From Candidatus Bathyarchaeia archaeon (GTDB lineage: Archaea > Thermoproteota > Bathyarchaeia > 40CM-2-53-6), in assembly GCA_049513715.1 (NCBI GenBank), contig JBEKVV010000004.1:177452-241451 (forward strand): DNA of 64,000 nucleotides, written 5' to 3'. A model generated the notes under the pieces. It had not been told where the DNA came from. It did not search any database and saw only the letters and a list, made by a program, of their open reading frames with translations. Positions 21,051 to 29,106 of the stretch are shown in pieces. Positions within the stretch are counted from its first letter, which is position 1. Each line of letters begins with the position of its first letter. Both the position numbers and the translations under genes were made by a program.

Positions 21051-21392
21051 TCACGTAATACTCGTTGAAATAACGTACGGCATACCCCTATAAACACTCA
21101 ACTTAACGGTTCTGTCAAGTCTGTGGTTGGTGTTGTCGTCTCGGTCGGGTGTAAATTTCCGTTTGGCAGGTACAGGCATTACCTCAAGCCACAGCACATC
21201 ATCGGCGAATGTTCGGGCATATATGACGGCGTGCCCCTCCTTTGATTTCATCTCGAAGTAGTATTGGATGGGTATGTTCTTGACTTGCATTAGTCTGGGC
21301 TTTCTGCTGCATTCGTGTGCTTCAAGTTGTTCTGCGATTAAGGTCTCTCCACACGTTTGACACTTTACCATGTTGCCGTGAATGTCAATCAT
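21051..21392 (-). CDS. Hypothetical passenger protein with CxxC..HxC motif; ORF reads through the left TIR
   Basis: CQTCGETLIAEQLEAHEC; probable ATG at 21392 (ORF track starts at 21458). Confidence 0.55.
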   Translation of the reverse strand: MIDIHGNMVKCQTCGETLIAEQLEAHECSRKPRLMQVKNIPIQYYFEMKSKEGHAVIYARTFADDVLWLEVMPVPAKRKFTPDRDDNTNHRLDRTVKLSVYRGMPYVISTSIT

Positions 21393-21975
21393 TTTTCTTC
21401 TCACCTCTTTCAAGACCTGTTGTAAACTTGTCTTTGTTGAGTTGGTCGAGGAAATCATGTTTCTCTTTCAAATCTTGGTAATCGGCTTTCAACTTTTGAA
21501 TCTCAACCTTAAGCTGCTCATTCTCTGTTCTCAGTGCCTTGTTCTCGCCTCGCAGATGATCAATGTCTGAATCAGATATTTCGTCGAGAACTCCTAGAAC
21601 TCGCGCTTGCTCCACAGCTTTGTTGAGGTAGTCCGTCATTCTAGAGAGCCCTGCATCCTCGCGATTGAACAGTATTCTGTAGTGATGTTTCCACTCATCA
21701 TCCGTTGCCTCTTTGAATTTCTGTAGGTGCTGCTCGCGAGCATTTCTGAGTTCCTTGAAGTCTGCAATCAGGTCGCCAAGCAGTTTCGCGAGGTTTACAC
21801 GGTCTCTCATGTCGAGCTGGTTGGGATTTTCAACCTCATGTTTCGCTGCTTCTGGTTTGACCTTAGTTAAGTGCGCGTCATATCTTCTACAAAACTCCGA
21901 CGCTGTATTGAGTGATGCTTCCACTATTATTGAGTGGAGTTCCAACAGGCTATCACTTGTGTTTCGGTTTTGCAT
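21385..21975 (-). CDS. Hypothetical coiled-coil passenger protein
   Basis: 196 aa ORF with C-terminal heptad repeats; overlaps neighbouring ORFs. Confidence 0.6.
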   Translation of the reverse strand: MQNRNTSDSLLELHSIIVEASLNTASEFCRRYDAHLTKVKPEAAKHEVENPNQLDMRDRVNLAKLLGDLIADFKELRNAREQHLQKFKEATDDEWKHHYRILFNREDAGLSRMTDYLNKAVEQARVLGVLDEISDSDIDHLRGENKALRTENEQLKVEIQKLKADYQDLKEKHDFLDQLNKDKFTTGLERGEKKND

Positions 21976-22165
21976 TTTTGGCTGGGGCTTGAGGAAGTGG
22001 AGCTTTGCGTACTATTGCTATTCGTTCTCCGCTTTGTACGTCCATTCGCCATTCGAGTTTGTCGCCTTCCGTGAGTTGGAGGAACGCTACCATGCCTTCT
22101 GGTACGGTTGCGCGAAGCGACTTAGCCCCTGTTCTTGCTATTCCCACTGTAGATTGTAGGCTCAT
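21953..22165 (-). CDS. AbrB/SpoVT-like DNA-binding protein
   Basis: SLRATVPEGMVAFLQLTEGDKLEW; divergent from the transposase. Confidence 0.75.
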   Translation of the reverse strand: MSLQSTVGIARTGAKSLRATVPEGMVAFLQLTEGDKLEWRMDVQSGERIAIVRKAPLPQAPAKNAKPKHK

Positions 22166-22304
22166 AGCTGCTAGGTATGTGGATTGTAGTTCTTAAATTT
22201 ACCTACCAGAGCGCACTTAGGGCGTATGGTAGAGCGATAGATGTGTAGATGTGTTTTAATACCAGATGTATACAATATGTAGGTAGATAGGAAGGCGCAC
22301 CGAT

Positions 22305-23447
22305 ATGATGGCTATAACACGAGAACTCAGGGGCAAAGAAATAGCGGCTGCACCCAACCAAATCGAGCGTGTTGGCAATGTTTCGTACAAAGTGAAGTCT
22401 CAATCGGGTAACGGCTGCTATGATGTTACATTCTCGACTGTGAATGGTTGGGATTGCACTTGCCCCGACCATGTATTCCGCTTGGTGGAGTGTAAGCACA
22501 TTTGGGCCGTAATGTGCAGCTTCGCCATCAGAAAGGAAGTTGAAGCCAACGTAATCGAACCGATAGTAGATGTTCACGCTTGCGTATTCTGCAAATCTGA
22601 AAATCTCATACGATTTGGTTTGAGACATAACAAGTGCGGCGATCTACAGAAGTTCTCCTGCAAGTCATGCGGAAAAATATTCACGGTAAATCTGGGTTTC
22701 GAGCGCATGAAGCACAATCCACAAGGAATCACAACCGCTATGCAACTCTACTTCAGCGGAGAAAGTCTACGGAACGTAGCCAAATCACTCAAGCTAATCG
22801 GCGTTCAAGTAAGCCACCAAACGGTCTACAACTGGATATCTAAATACACCACCCTAATGGAAAAGTACCTAGACAAAATCACTCCACAGGTCGGCAATAC
22901 TTGGAGAGCCGATGAACTATTCCTCAAAGTCAAAGGGAACATGAAGTATCTCTACGCCCTCATGGACGACCAAACACGATTCTGGATAGCACAAGAAGTA
23001 ATGAACACCAAATACGTTGCAGATGTTCAACCGCTATTTGCAGAAGGCAAACGCAGAACAGGCATAGAACCAAAATACATCATAACTGACGGTGCAAGAA
23101 ATTATGACAAAGCGATTCGGAAAGAGTTTCACGGCAACTTCCGCTACGCTGGCCCGAAACACATTCGGGACATCAGATTCGATGGAACAACCCACAACAA
23201 CAAAATGGAACGCATGAATGGAGAAATCCGAGACCGAGAAAAAGTCATGCGGTCACTCAAGAAAGCGGACACGCCAATCCTAACAGGGCTCCAAATCTAT
23301 CACAACTACGTGCGCCCACACATGGGCTTAAATGGAAAGACACCCGCAGACCTATCGGGAATAACCATCCAAGGTAACGACAAATGGTTGACAATGATAC
23401 AAAACGCTGCACAGCGCACCCCAAGGGAGAAGAAAAGTGAAAGTTAG
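22305..23447 (+). CDS. IS6-family DDE transposase with N-terminal SWIM finger and Zn ribbon
   Basis: CTCPDH..CKHIWAV (SWIM), CVFC..CKSC, HTH SHQTVYNWI, WRADE / ITDG / NNKMERMN. Confidence 0.9.
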   Translation: MMAITRELRGKEIAAAPNQIERVGNVSYKVKSQSGNGCYDVTFSTVNGWDCTCPDHVFRLVECKHIWAVMCSFAIRKEVEANVIEPIVDVHACVFCKSENLIRFGLRHNKCGDLQKFSCKSCGKIFTVNLGFERMKHNPQGITTAMQLYFSGESLRNVAKSLKLIGVQVSHQTVYNWISKYTTLMEKYLDKITPQVGNTWRADELFLKVKGNMKYLYALMDDQTRFWIAQEVMNTKYVADVQPLFAEGKRRTGIEPKYIITDGARNYDKAIRKEFHGNFRYAGPKHIRDIRFDGTTHNNKMERMNGEIRDREKVMRSLKKADTPILTGLQIYHNYVRPHMGLNGKTPADLSGITIQGNDKWLTMIQNAAQRTPREKKSES

Positions 23448-23778
23448 CGCAACTGGCATAGAGGCCACATCCGAACCTACAGACAAAGAGTTCGAGGGTC
23501 TCCTTAGAGATGAATTGAAGAGATACTTGCAAGAAAAACTTGGAGCTATGAAAACAATCAAACTAGATAGAACTCAGAGTTTCGACCTCAAGACCGTGAG
23601 GCTGAAAATGTCGGAACAAATCACCAAGCCTGAGTTCGCCTCAGTTGTTGCTGCCTATGTCTCGCTACTGTCACAAGAGAAGCAGGCAAGAACGAACATG
23701 ATGCTGGAAGGGATGATGCTTCTGCTTACTGGCGCAAGTGTGTTAATCTTGATAGTGCAACTTTTTGGTCACCGCTGA
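23437..23778 (+). CDS. Hypothetical passenger protein with C-terminal TM helix
   Basis: Overlaps the transposase stop; hydrophobic C-terminus. Confidence 0.55.
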   Translation: MKVSATGIEATSEPTDKEFEGLLRDELKRYLQEKLGAMKTIKLDRTQSFDLKTVRLKMSEQITKPEFASVVAAYVSLLSQEKQARTNMMLEGMMLLLTGASVLILIVQLFGHR

Positions 23779-23854
23779 GTCCCGAAGACGAAACAGAACC
23801 GAGGAAATAGTTCTTTTTAGGCAGCCATGTTGGTCTTTCCTCTGGGAAGCAACA

Positions 23855-24112
23855 ATGCCGAAAGTCACCTTCAAGGTTCACAAGGCAGGATTTCAGCCGG
23901 AAACAGAGGATTTGACCAGATTAGTGGATAAAGAAGTGGAACTGTCAGAGCTGAACGCTAAACGTTTCTTACTAGACCCACATCAAGAGACGCTGTGGGA
24001 CACTTGCCGATTCTCTGAAACTAAGTTGCCCTTTGACGAGTGGTTGACAAAGTGCGGCAACTGGAATAATGAAACGAAAATGTTCCAAGTTACAAGAACC
24101 CCGTCAAGGTAA
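23855..24112 (+). CDS. Hypothetical passenger protein
   Basis: ATG at 23855 (MPKVTFKVHK...); ends just before the right TIR. Confidence 0.5.
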   Translation: MPKVTFKVHKAGFQPETEDLTRLVDKEVELSELNAKRFLLDPHQETLWDTCRFSETKLPFDEWLTKCGNWNNETKMFQVTRTPSR

Positions 24113-24362
24113 GCCCACCAAACGAAAGTTGACAGCCCTAAGAATCACTCTTACCAACCATAGACTTGACAGTACCAACTTAACGGTTCTGTTAAGTTCT
24201 AGGATGTTGGTTCGACTGTTAAGCATCGGGTGATGCCCCCTATCTTAGACTATTAGTTGTTTGTTTAGTCGGCTCTGTTCGGTTTATGGCTGTTCGATGA
24301 AGCTGTTCGGGCATCGGTGGATGTCCATTCAGAACACCCTGTATCGTGCGCACAAAAATCAT

Positions 24363-24406
24363 GGTTCAAATTTGGCTGCCCGCACCAGTAGACCCACACA
24401 CACGAA
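24363..24406 (+). repeat. CGCACCA-core repeat A1 (tRNA-3'-like left arm, CACACACAC right arm)
   Basis: GGTTCAAATTTGGCTGCCCGCACCAGTAGACCCACACACACGAA. Confidence 0.75.
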
Positions 24407-24423
24407 AGACCCAAGCTGTTGCC

Positions 24424-25122
24424 CTACTTCTCTACAGCGACTTCGAACTTATCGCTGACTTTCAAGTGATGCCATCGTGAGTCAAAGCCTACGTTGCGCA
24501 TATTTCTGACTCGGATGAGGTTCCGAGTCTCGTCACCTGCTTCCTCAAGTTTGAAATCGACGGTGCCATCTAGCGCAGCCTCCAGCTGTTTGCATGCCCA
24601 GTCACTATGAACGCCTCTGATAATTCCCATGATTCCTATTTCTCCTCCCGGGAGGACCGCTGGAATGGCTCGGGTGAGCGCGAACTCGACCCACGCTTTC
24701 TCATCGTTGAATCTGGCTATTGTCGAAAAGTTGTCCACGATGTTCAGCCAAGCCCCGGTGGGTGGACCTTTCAGGAATTGCGAGAACCAGATGCTCAGAT
24801 CTGCGACCCTCAATGAATCACGCGCGAACTTCTCCTGGGACTTTCGGCCAAGCGTGACCGTGTACCAGTCGATGATTCTCAGAAGGTCATCTCTTTCGAG
24901 AACATCTGTATTCAGTCCTAACTGTTTCAGTCGCAAGCGAACCTTGTCAGGAGGTTGAGTGCTAACATAGTACGCGAGGGGGCCTCCAGTTCTTAGCCAT
25001 TCAGCCGCGATTGTTAGGGAGGCATTGTACCATTGCGATGATGCGTCATACTCCACCAGGATAGAAGAACCGGGCTGAATTGGCCCAGTGGTCAAATCTT
25101 CGATTAACGGAATCTTGGGCAC
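24424..25122 (-). CDS. RAD55/KaiC-like RecA-fold protein with degenerate Walker A
   Basis: Probable GTG start at 25122 (VPKIPLIEDL); EYDASSQW at the Walker A position; DGTVDFKL..RVRNMR C-terminus. Confidence 0.7.
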   Translation of the reverse strand: MPKIPLIEDLTTGPIQPGSSILVEYDASSQWYNASLTIAAEWLRTGGPLAYYVSTQPPDKVRLRLKQLGLNTDVLERDDLLRIIDWYTVTLGRKSQEKFARDSLRVADLSIWFSQFLKGPPTGAWLNIVDNFSTIARFNDEKAWVEFALTRAIPAVLPGGEIGIMGIIRGVHSDWACKQLEAALDGTVDFKLEEAGDETRNLIRVRNMRNVGFDSRWHHLKVSDKFEVAVEK

Positions 25123-25174
25123 GGCATAAACACAGAAACAGGATGGAAGGAACTGCAAGTTGTGGCTTTTGGTT

Positions 25175-25206
25175 GTGTGTGTGGGAATGGTGGTGCGCAC
25201 GCACAC
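25175..25206 (-). repeat. CGCACCA-core repeat A2
   Basis: Reverse complement GTGTGCGTGCGCACCACCATTCCCACACACAC. Confidence 0.7.
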
Positions 25207-25275
25207 TTTTTCCAACGACGGACGATGACGATTCGTTTTCAGAAGTACTGCACAAACAAGAACAATGATCGGTGG

Positions 25276-25473
25276 CTATTGCGGTCGTTCGCCTATTTCT
25301 AGGTGAACGAGCTTGTTCCAGTGTCGTTGGCCACAGATAGGGCATTTGACATAATACCATGCGTAGCCGGGAATTCCTCCGATGCCTGCTCTCGCTCCGA
25401 TAATCCAGCCGGTCTTTTCGAATGAAGTGCGACATTTGGCACATAGCAGGGTCCATTTCGGGGGCAATTTCAC
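25276..25473 (-). CDS. Small Zn-ribbon protein
   Basis: CAKC...YYVKCPICGQRHW. Confidence 0.6.
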   Translation of the reverse strand: MKLPPKWTLLCAKCRTSFEKTGWIIGARAGIGGIPGYAWYYVKCPICGQRHWNKLVHLEIGERPQ

Positions 25474-25587
25474 TAGCTCTTTGTTTTCGAATGGGCGTCT
25501 GCGCGCAATTAGCGTTACTTCGTCTAGTCGTGTGCGGCTACCAGTGGGGGGGGAGCACCATAATTTGAACGGTCGTTTCAGGCGTTT

Positions 25588-25627
25588 TTCGTGTGTGTGC
25601 GCACCACAACTAGGCCACTAACACAAA
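25588..25627 (+). repeat. CGCACCA-core repeat A3
   Basis: TTCGTGTGTGTGCGCACCACAACTAGGCCACTAACACAAA. Confidence 0.75.
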
Positions 25628-25657
25628 GTCATACGAAAACCGTTAGACTCATTCTGA

Positions 25658-26500
25658 CTAGACTGAATGAGGGCGGCTTGAATATGCCCCGCTCAGCGAG
25701 GATTTTCTAGTCCTCCTCAAGAAAGTCGCCACGACTAAGAGTGCTAATAAGAGAACTGGCACAACTTCGGGGAATTCGGAAATTGGCACCGACGTAGTCT
25801 GCAGACTACCCCAAGTACTTGGAATCTTGAAGTTCGCATCGCCGGGATAATCAGCCGCGAGGTCGGTGTGAGTGGCGTCTTTCATGTAAAGATAGAGACC
25901 GATTGTTCCAGGAACATGCGTCTTCAAGCTTGCAAAAGCCAGGGCAATTCGCGCTTCTACGATCATGTGAGTTGTTTTTGAATTCGGAGAGAAGCTGTAC
26001 GATAGTGCCGCCTTGATGTCAGTGCCTGTGTACGTAGTCCAGTCGGTCCAGCCCCCGGAGCTTGTTCCTTCAGAGGCATAGATATTGACCAGAAATCCTC
26101 CGACATCAGCGAAGTCCAAGCGATACACATTCTGATTCAGTGAGTTTGACTTCTGATTTGACGGATCTAGGTACATACCGACCTCATTCCGATCGTCGGT
26201 CCCGCCGTAAGGAGCTTGGCAGCCAACGAAATCCCAAACAACATACAAGTAGTTCGAATCGTACTTCGCCGCGAAGTATCCTACAATCCCAGAGACTCCG
26301 GCCTCCATGGGGAGGGCAATTGTATCACTCCATTCCTTCGCCGTCGTATACGTTCCGTCAAGTATAACCAGATTGACGAGTGGATACAGAACGAGCGTCC
26401 CTTGTGAGTGCGCGTGAGGAATTTGTATGGCGAGAAACAGTATGGCTACGATAGCCAGTTTGGCCACGCGTAATTTCATGCTACGCCGCCAGATTCTCAA
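25658..26500 (-). CDS. Secreted/cell-surface protein with PEF-CTERM-like anchor (possible DOMON/CBM9-like domain)
   Basis: Signal peptide, LDG..EWSD, AKYDSNYLYV; C-terminal ISEFP, TM helix and RRTRK. Confidence 0.65.
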   Translation of the reverse strand: MRIWRRSMKLRVAKLAIVAILFLAIQIPHAHSQGTLVLYPLVNLVILDGTYTTAKEWSDTIALPMEAGVSGIVGYFAAKYDSNYLYVVWDFVGCQAPYGGTDDRNEVGMYLDPSNQKSNSLNQNVYRLDFADVGGFLVNIYASEGTSSGGWTDWTTYTGTDIKAALSYSFSPNSKTTHMIVEARIALAFASLKTHVPGTIGLYLYMKDATHTDLAADYPGDANFKIPSTWGSLQTTSVPISEFPEVVPVLLLALLVVATFLRRTRKSSLSGAYSSRPHSV

Positions 26501-26575
26501 GTAAATTCCTAAAGCCGTTAAAAGCCTTCTCGTGTGCGTACTGTATTACAAGACACCAATATTGGATCGCAATTC

Positions 26576-26622
26576 TTCGTGTGTGTGCGCACCATTAGAC
26601 CCGCGCCCACAAGATTTGAACC
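26576..26622 (+). repeat. CGCACCA-core repeat A4
   Basis: TTCGTGTGTGTGCGCACCATTAGACCCGCGCCCACAAGATTTGAACC. Confidence 0.75.
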
Positions 26623-26681
26623 TGACATAGCCGCGATGGGAATTAGCCCAACGTTATGACAGAACGCACACATAGCCTGAG

Positions 26682-27143
26682 TTAGGCGTCTCTCTTTTCA
26701 TCTTTGTAGTTACTTTCCGCTTGGGTCTTGAGGTTTCGCAACCACGTATCCAGCGAATTATCGAGAAACTTTGGCATTATGAGTTTCAACAACCTAACCG
26801 ACCAGCCTTCCATGGACTCTTCTGTCGTAACCAGCGTGCCGTTGTTTTGCGGTGTGAATTTCCAAATATGTTTGGCTTGGGCACCCAGCGATTTGCCTGT
26901 CCAGCCAATCAAGTCATTCGGCTCGAGCACTTGGACAGTGGAAGTTACATTCAGACCCCCGGTTCTCCACCGAAAGACAGAGCCGACGGCGAGAGGGCTT
27001 CCGAGCTTGGATGCTGTTGTGGCAGGTTGCCACTTACTCCAATTGTTGATGTCTGTTTGGATGTTCCAGACGGTTTGAGGCGGCGCCTCGATGAAGATAT
27101 CCTTGTGGGCGAACAAGGGAGCATCCTTATTGACTTCCATCAA
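26682..27143 (-). CDS. SRPBCC/START-family protein
   Basis: IFIEAPPQTVW..DINNWSKWQP; HIWKF..GTLVTTEE. Confidence 0.85.
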   Translation of the reverse strand: MMEVNKDAPLFAHKDIFIEAPPQTVWNIQTDINNWSKWQPATTASKLGSPLAVGSVFRWRTGGLNVTSTVQVLEPNDLIGWTGKSLGAQAKHIWKFTPQNNGTLVTTEESMEGWSVRLLKLIMPKFLDNSLDTWLRNLKTQAESNYKDEKRDA

Positions 27144-27146
27144 TTT

Positions 27147-27422
27147 TCACTCTGTTCGCTGTCCGTGTTGCCGCCGAGATATGAAGCGTGTGTGCGCACC
27201 AGTAGACCTCCTGTATCGTGGACGCCAATACAGATAGTTGATTGCTATTGCGAGTGTCGCGGGAACAATGATTGCAAAAACCATTACAGGCACAACATTC
27301 CATGTCGCTCCGAACTTCTGTATCAGCAGAATCGCCGTCACCACTGAAATCGACACAGTAACGGCGCTCACGATAAGCAATCTAGCAACGAGACTTATCA
27401 TATGCTCCTTTGACTTTGTCAT
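27147..27422 (-). CDS. Small two-TM membrane protein
   Basis: Two hydrophobic segments; 3' end runs through repeat A5. Confidence 0.5.
   Translation of the reverse strand: MTKSKEHMISLVARLLIVSAVTVSISVVTAILLIQKFGATWNVVPVMVFAIIVPATLAIAINYLYWRPRYRRSTGAHTRFISRRQHGQRTE
27187..27208 (+). repeat. CGCACCA-core repeat A5
   Basis: CGTGTGTGCGCACCAGTAGACC. Confidence 0.65.
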
Positions 27423-27599
27423 TCGGCCTCACTTCTCCTTCTGCTCTTCTTCCCTACATTCCATGTTTGATATCCACCGAAGGTTAACAACAATGCCAAA
27501 GGCTCATCCACTTAACAGAACCAACTTAACAGGAGGCAGCTTTCCAATGTTGGAAAACGTGTTGGCGCTTAATAGTGCGATTCTTCTCTCCGACCACGC

Positions 27600-28277
27600 A
27601 TGAACGACAGGACTCTATTGGGCGTCGCAATCCTCACATTAGTGATCGCAGGCGCGTCCCTGACGCAAACTTTTCTCCTAACCGCGGCGGTGACCGACCA
27701 AAATAGGCATATCAATCAGCTGGCCTCACAATTTGGAGACCTTGCAGGTCTAGTATCGTCTCTCATGACGCAGAGCAGTCCCAACACTTCATCGAACAAC
27801 GTCGTATACTTGGAGGTCGTTCCCGATTTCGGTGGGTCCACTTATGACGCTTTTGTTCTGCCCACATCCCTCAGTGGTAACACGCCAAACGCATCATCTA
27901 ATGTCGGCGCCGCGCCAAACAACAACATAACTGTACAGCACGGTGTACCGATCAAATTCGTTATCAGCAACTTAGATACCGCACTGCTACAGAACTTCAC
28001 CAGTCAAGTCTCAGTGCCCTTCACACTCTACAACAATACCGATTCCGGCCAAGTGGCCCTACAGTACACCCAGGGTGAGACAGTATCCAACATGGCGATC
28101 AGCCACACGTTCAGCATCCCCGATCTGCAGGTGAACATCCCCATACCCCCTGACACAATGGTCGTGTTCACTTACACCTTCACCACACCCGGTGTCTACG
28201 CATACGTCTGTGTTACTCCATGCGGGCCGGGTATGGGATTAGCGGGCTACATGCTAGGTTACGTAACAGTCACGTAA
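27600..28277 (+). CDS. Membrane-anchored cupredoxin-domain protein
   Basis: N-terminal TM; HTFSIPDL...FTTPGVYAYVCVTPCGPGMGLAGYM. Confidence 0.75.
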   Translation: MNDRTLLGVAILTLVIAGASLTQTFLLTAAVTDQNRHINQLASQFGDLAGLVSSLMTQSSPNTSSNNVVYLEVVPDFGGSTYDAFVLPTSLSGNTPNASSNVGAAPNNNITVQHGVPIKFVISNLDTALLQNFTSQVSVPFTLYNNTDSGQVALQYTQGETVSNMAISHTFSIPDLQVNIPIPPDTMVVFTYTFTTPGVYAYVCVTPCGPGMGLAGYMLGYVTVT

Positions 28278-28296
28278 CCACGATCGGTGGCTCCAG

Positions 28297-29106
28297 ATGG
28301 GGTTCTCTAGGCGTCAATTCCTCACAGTTGCGGCTTCAGCCGCGGGAGGAGCTGCATTTGTCAGCATAATGGAAAACCTTCGGCCCTTGACCGCTGCAGA
28401 AACAACCCAGCTTACTAGCGTCCAGGATCCAAGCGTCAAGAAATGGATCTGGGTAATCGATCTGGGGAAATGCAACGGATGCATGAAATGCACGGAAGCT
28501 TGCACAGTTGAGATGCGAGTTCCGCCGGCTTGGGGCGAACCAGAATATGAAGGCTACCAACCATGGATACAAGTCTTCGGCACAGTAGGTTCGGATCAAC
28601 GAGCCTTCTTCATGCCTGTTCCATGCCAGAACTGCCAGAACGCGCCCTGCGTGAAGGTGTGCCCCGTGGGGGCTAATTACTACAGTGATGACGGTATCGT
28701 TCTCGTCGACCAGCTTAGATGCGTGGGAACCAGGATTTGTATAGGCGCATGTCCGTACCAGAGACGTTTCTTCAACTGGTTCGATCCTCCCGTTTCTGAA
28801 GAAGAGAAGAGCATACCGTACTCACCCGACTACAACATTCCCCACCGGAGGGGTGTTGTGGAAAAGTGCATTTGGTGCAGGCACCGTATCGTTGACGGTA
28901 AAGTTCCTGCATGCGTAGAAGGTTGCGCGAAAGCTGGAATGAAGGTACTGTGGTTTGGAGACGCTGCCCAAGACGCTGTAAGTGACGGGGAGGAAGTGGT
29001 TAGCCTGTCCCAGATGATCAAAGATAGAGGAGCATACCGACTGAAGGAGGACCTTGGGACGGACCCGCGAGTACTCTACCTCCCGCCCCAGGGAGGCTCT
29101 AGCTGA
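28297..29106 (+). CDS. Tat-exported Fe-S protein (NrfC/DsrO/ActB2-like)
   Basis: SRRQFL; CNGCMKCTEAC, CQNCQNAPCVKVCP, CVGTRICIGACP, CIWC..PACVEGC. Confidence 0.9.
   Translation: MGFSRRQFLTVAASAAGGAAFVSIMENLRPLTAAETTQLTSVQDPSVKKWIWVIDLGKCNGCMKCTEACTVEMRVPPAWGEPEYEGYQPWIQVFGTVGSDQRAFFMPVPCQNCQNAPCVKVCPVGANYYSDDGIVLVDQLRCVGTRICIGACPYQRRFFNWFDPPVSEEEKSIPYSPDYNIPHRRGVVEKCIWCRHRIVDGKVPACVEGCAKAGMKVLWFGDAAQDAVSDGEEVVSLSQMIKDRGAYRLKEDLGTDPRVLYLPPQGGSS

Larger units (their letters stand above)
21108..24176 (+). mobile_element. IS6-family transposon with passenger genes (unit 1, 3069 bp)
   Basis: 24-bp TIRs GGTTCTGTCAAGTCTGTGGTTGGT (21108-21131) and 24153-24176 (2 mismatches); flanking direct repeat AACTTAAC at 21100-21107 and 24177-24184; internal DDE transposase. 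Confidence 0.9.
24185..27522. mobile_element. Non-autonomous IS6-type cargo element (unit 2, 3338 bp, no transposase)
   Basis: Perfect 13-bp IR GGTTCTGTTAAGT at 24185-24197 and 27510-27522; flanked by AACTTAAC at 24177-24184 and 27523-27530. Confidence 0.8.
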
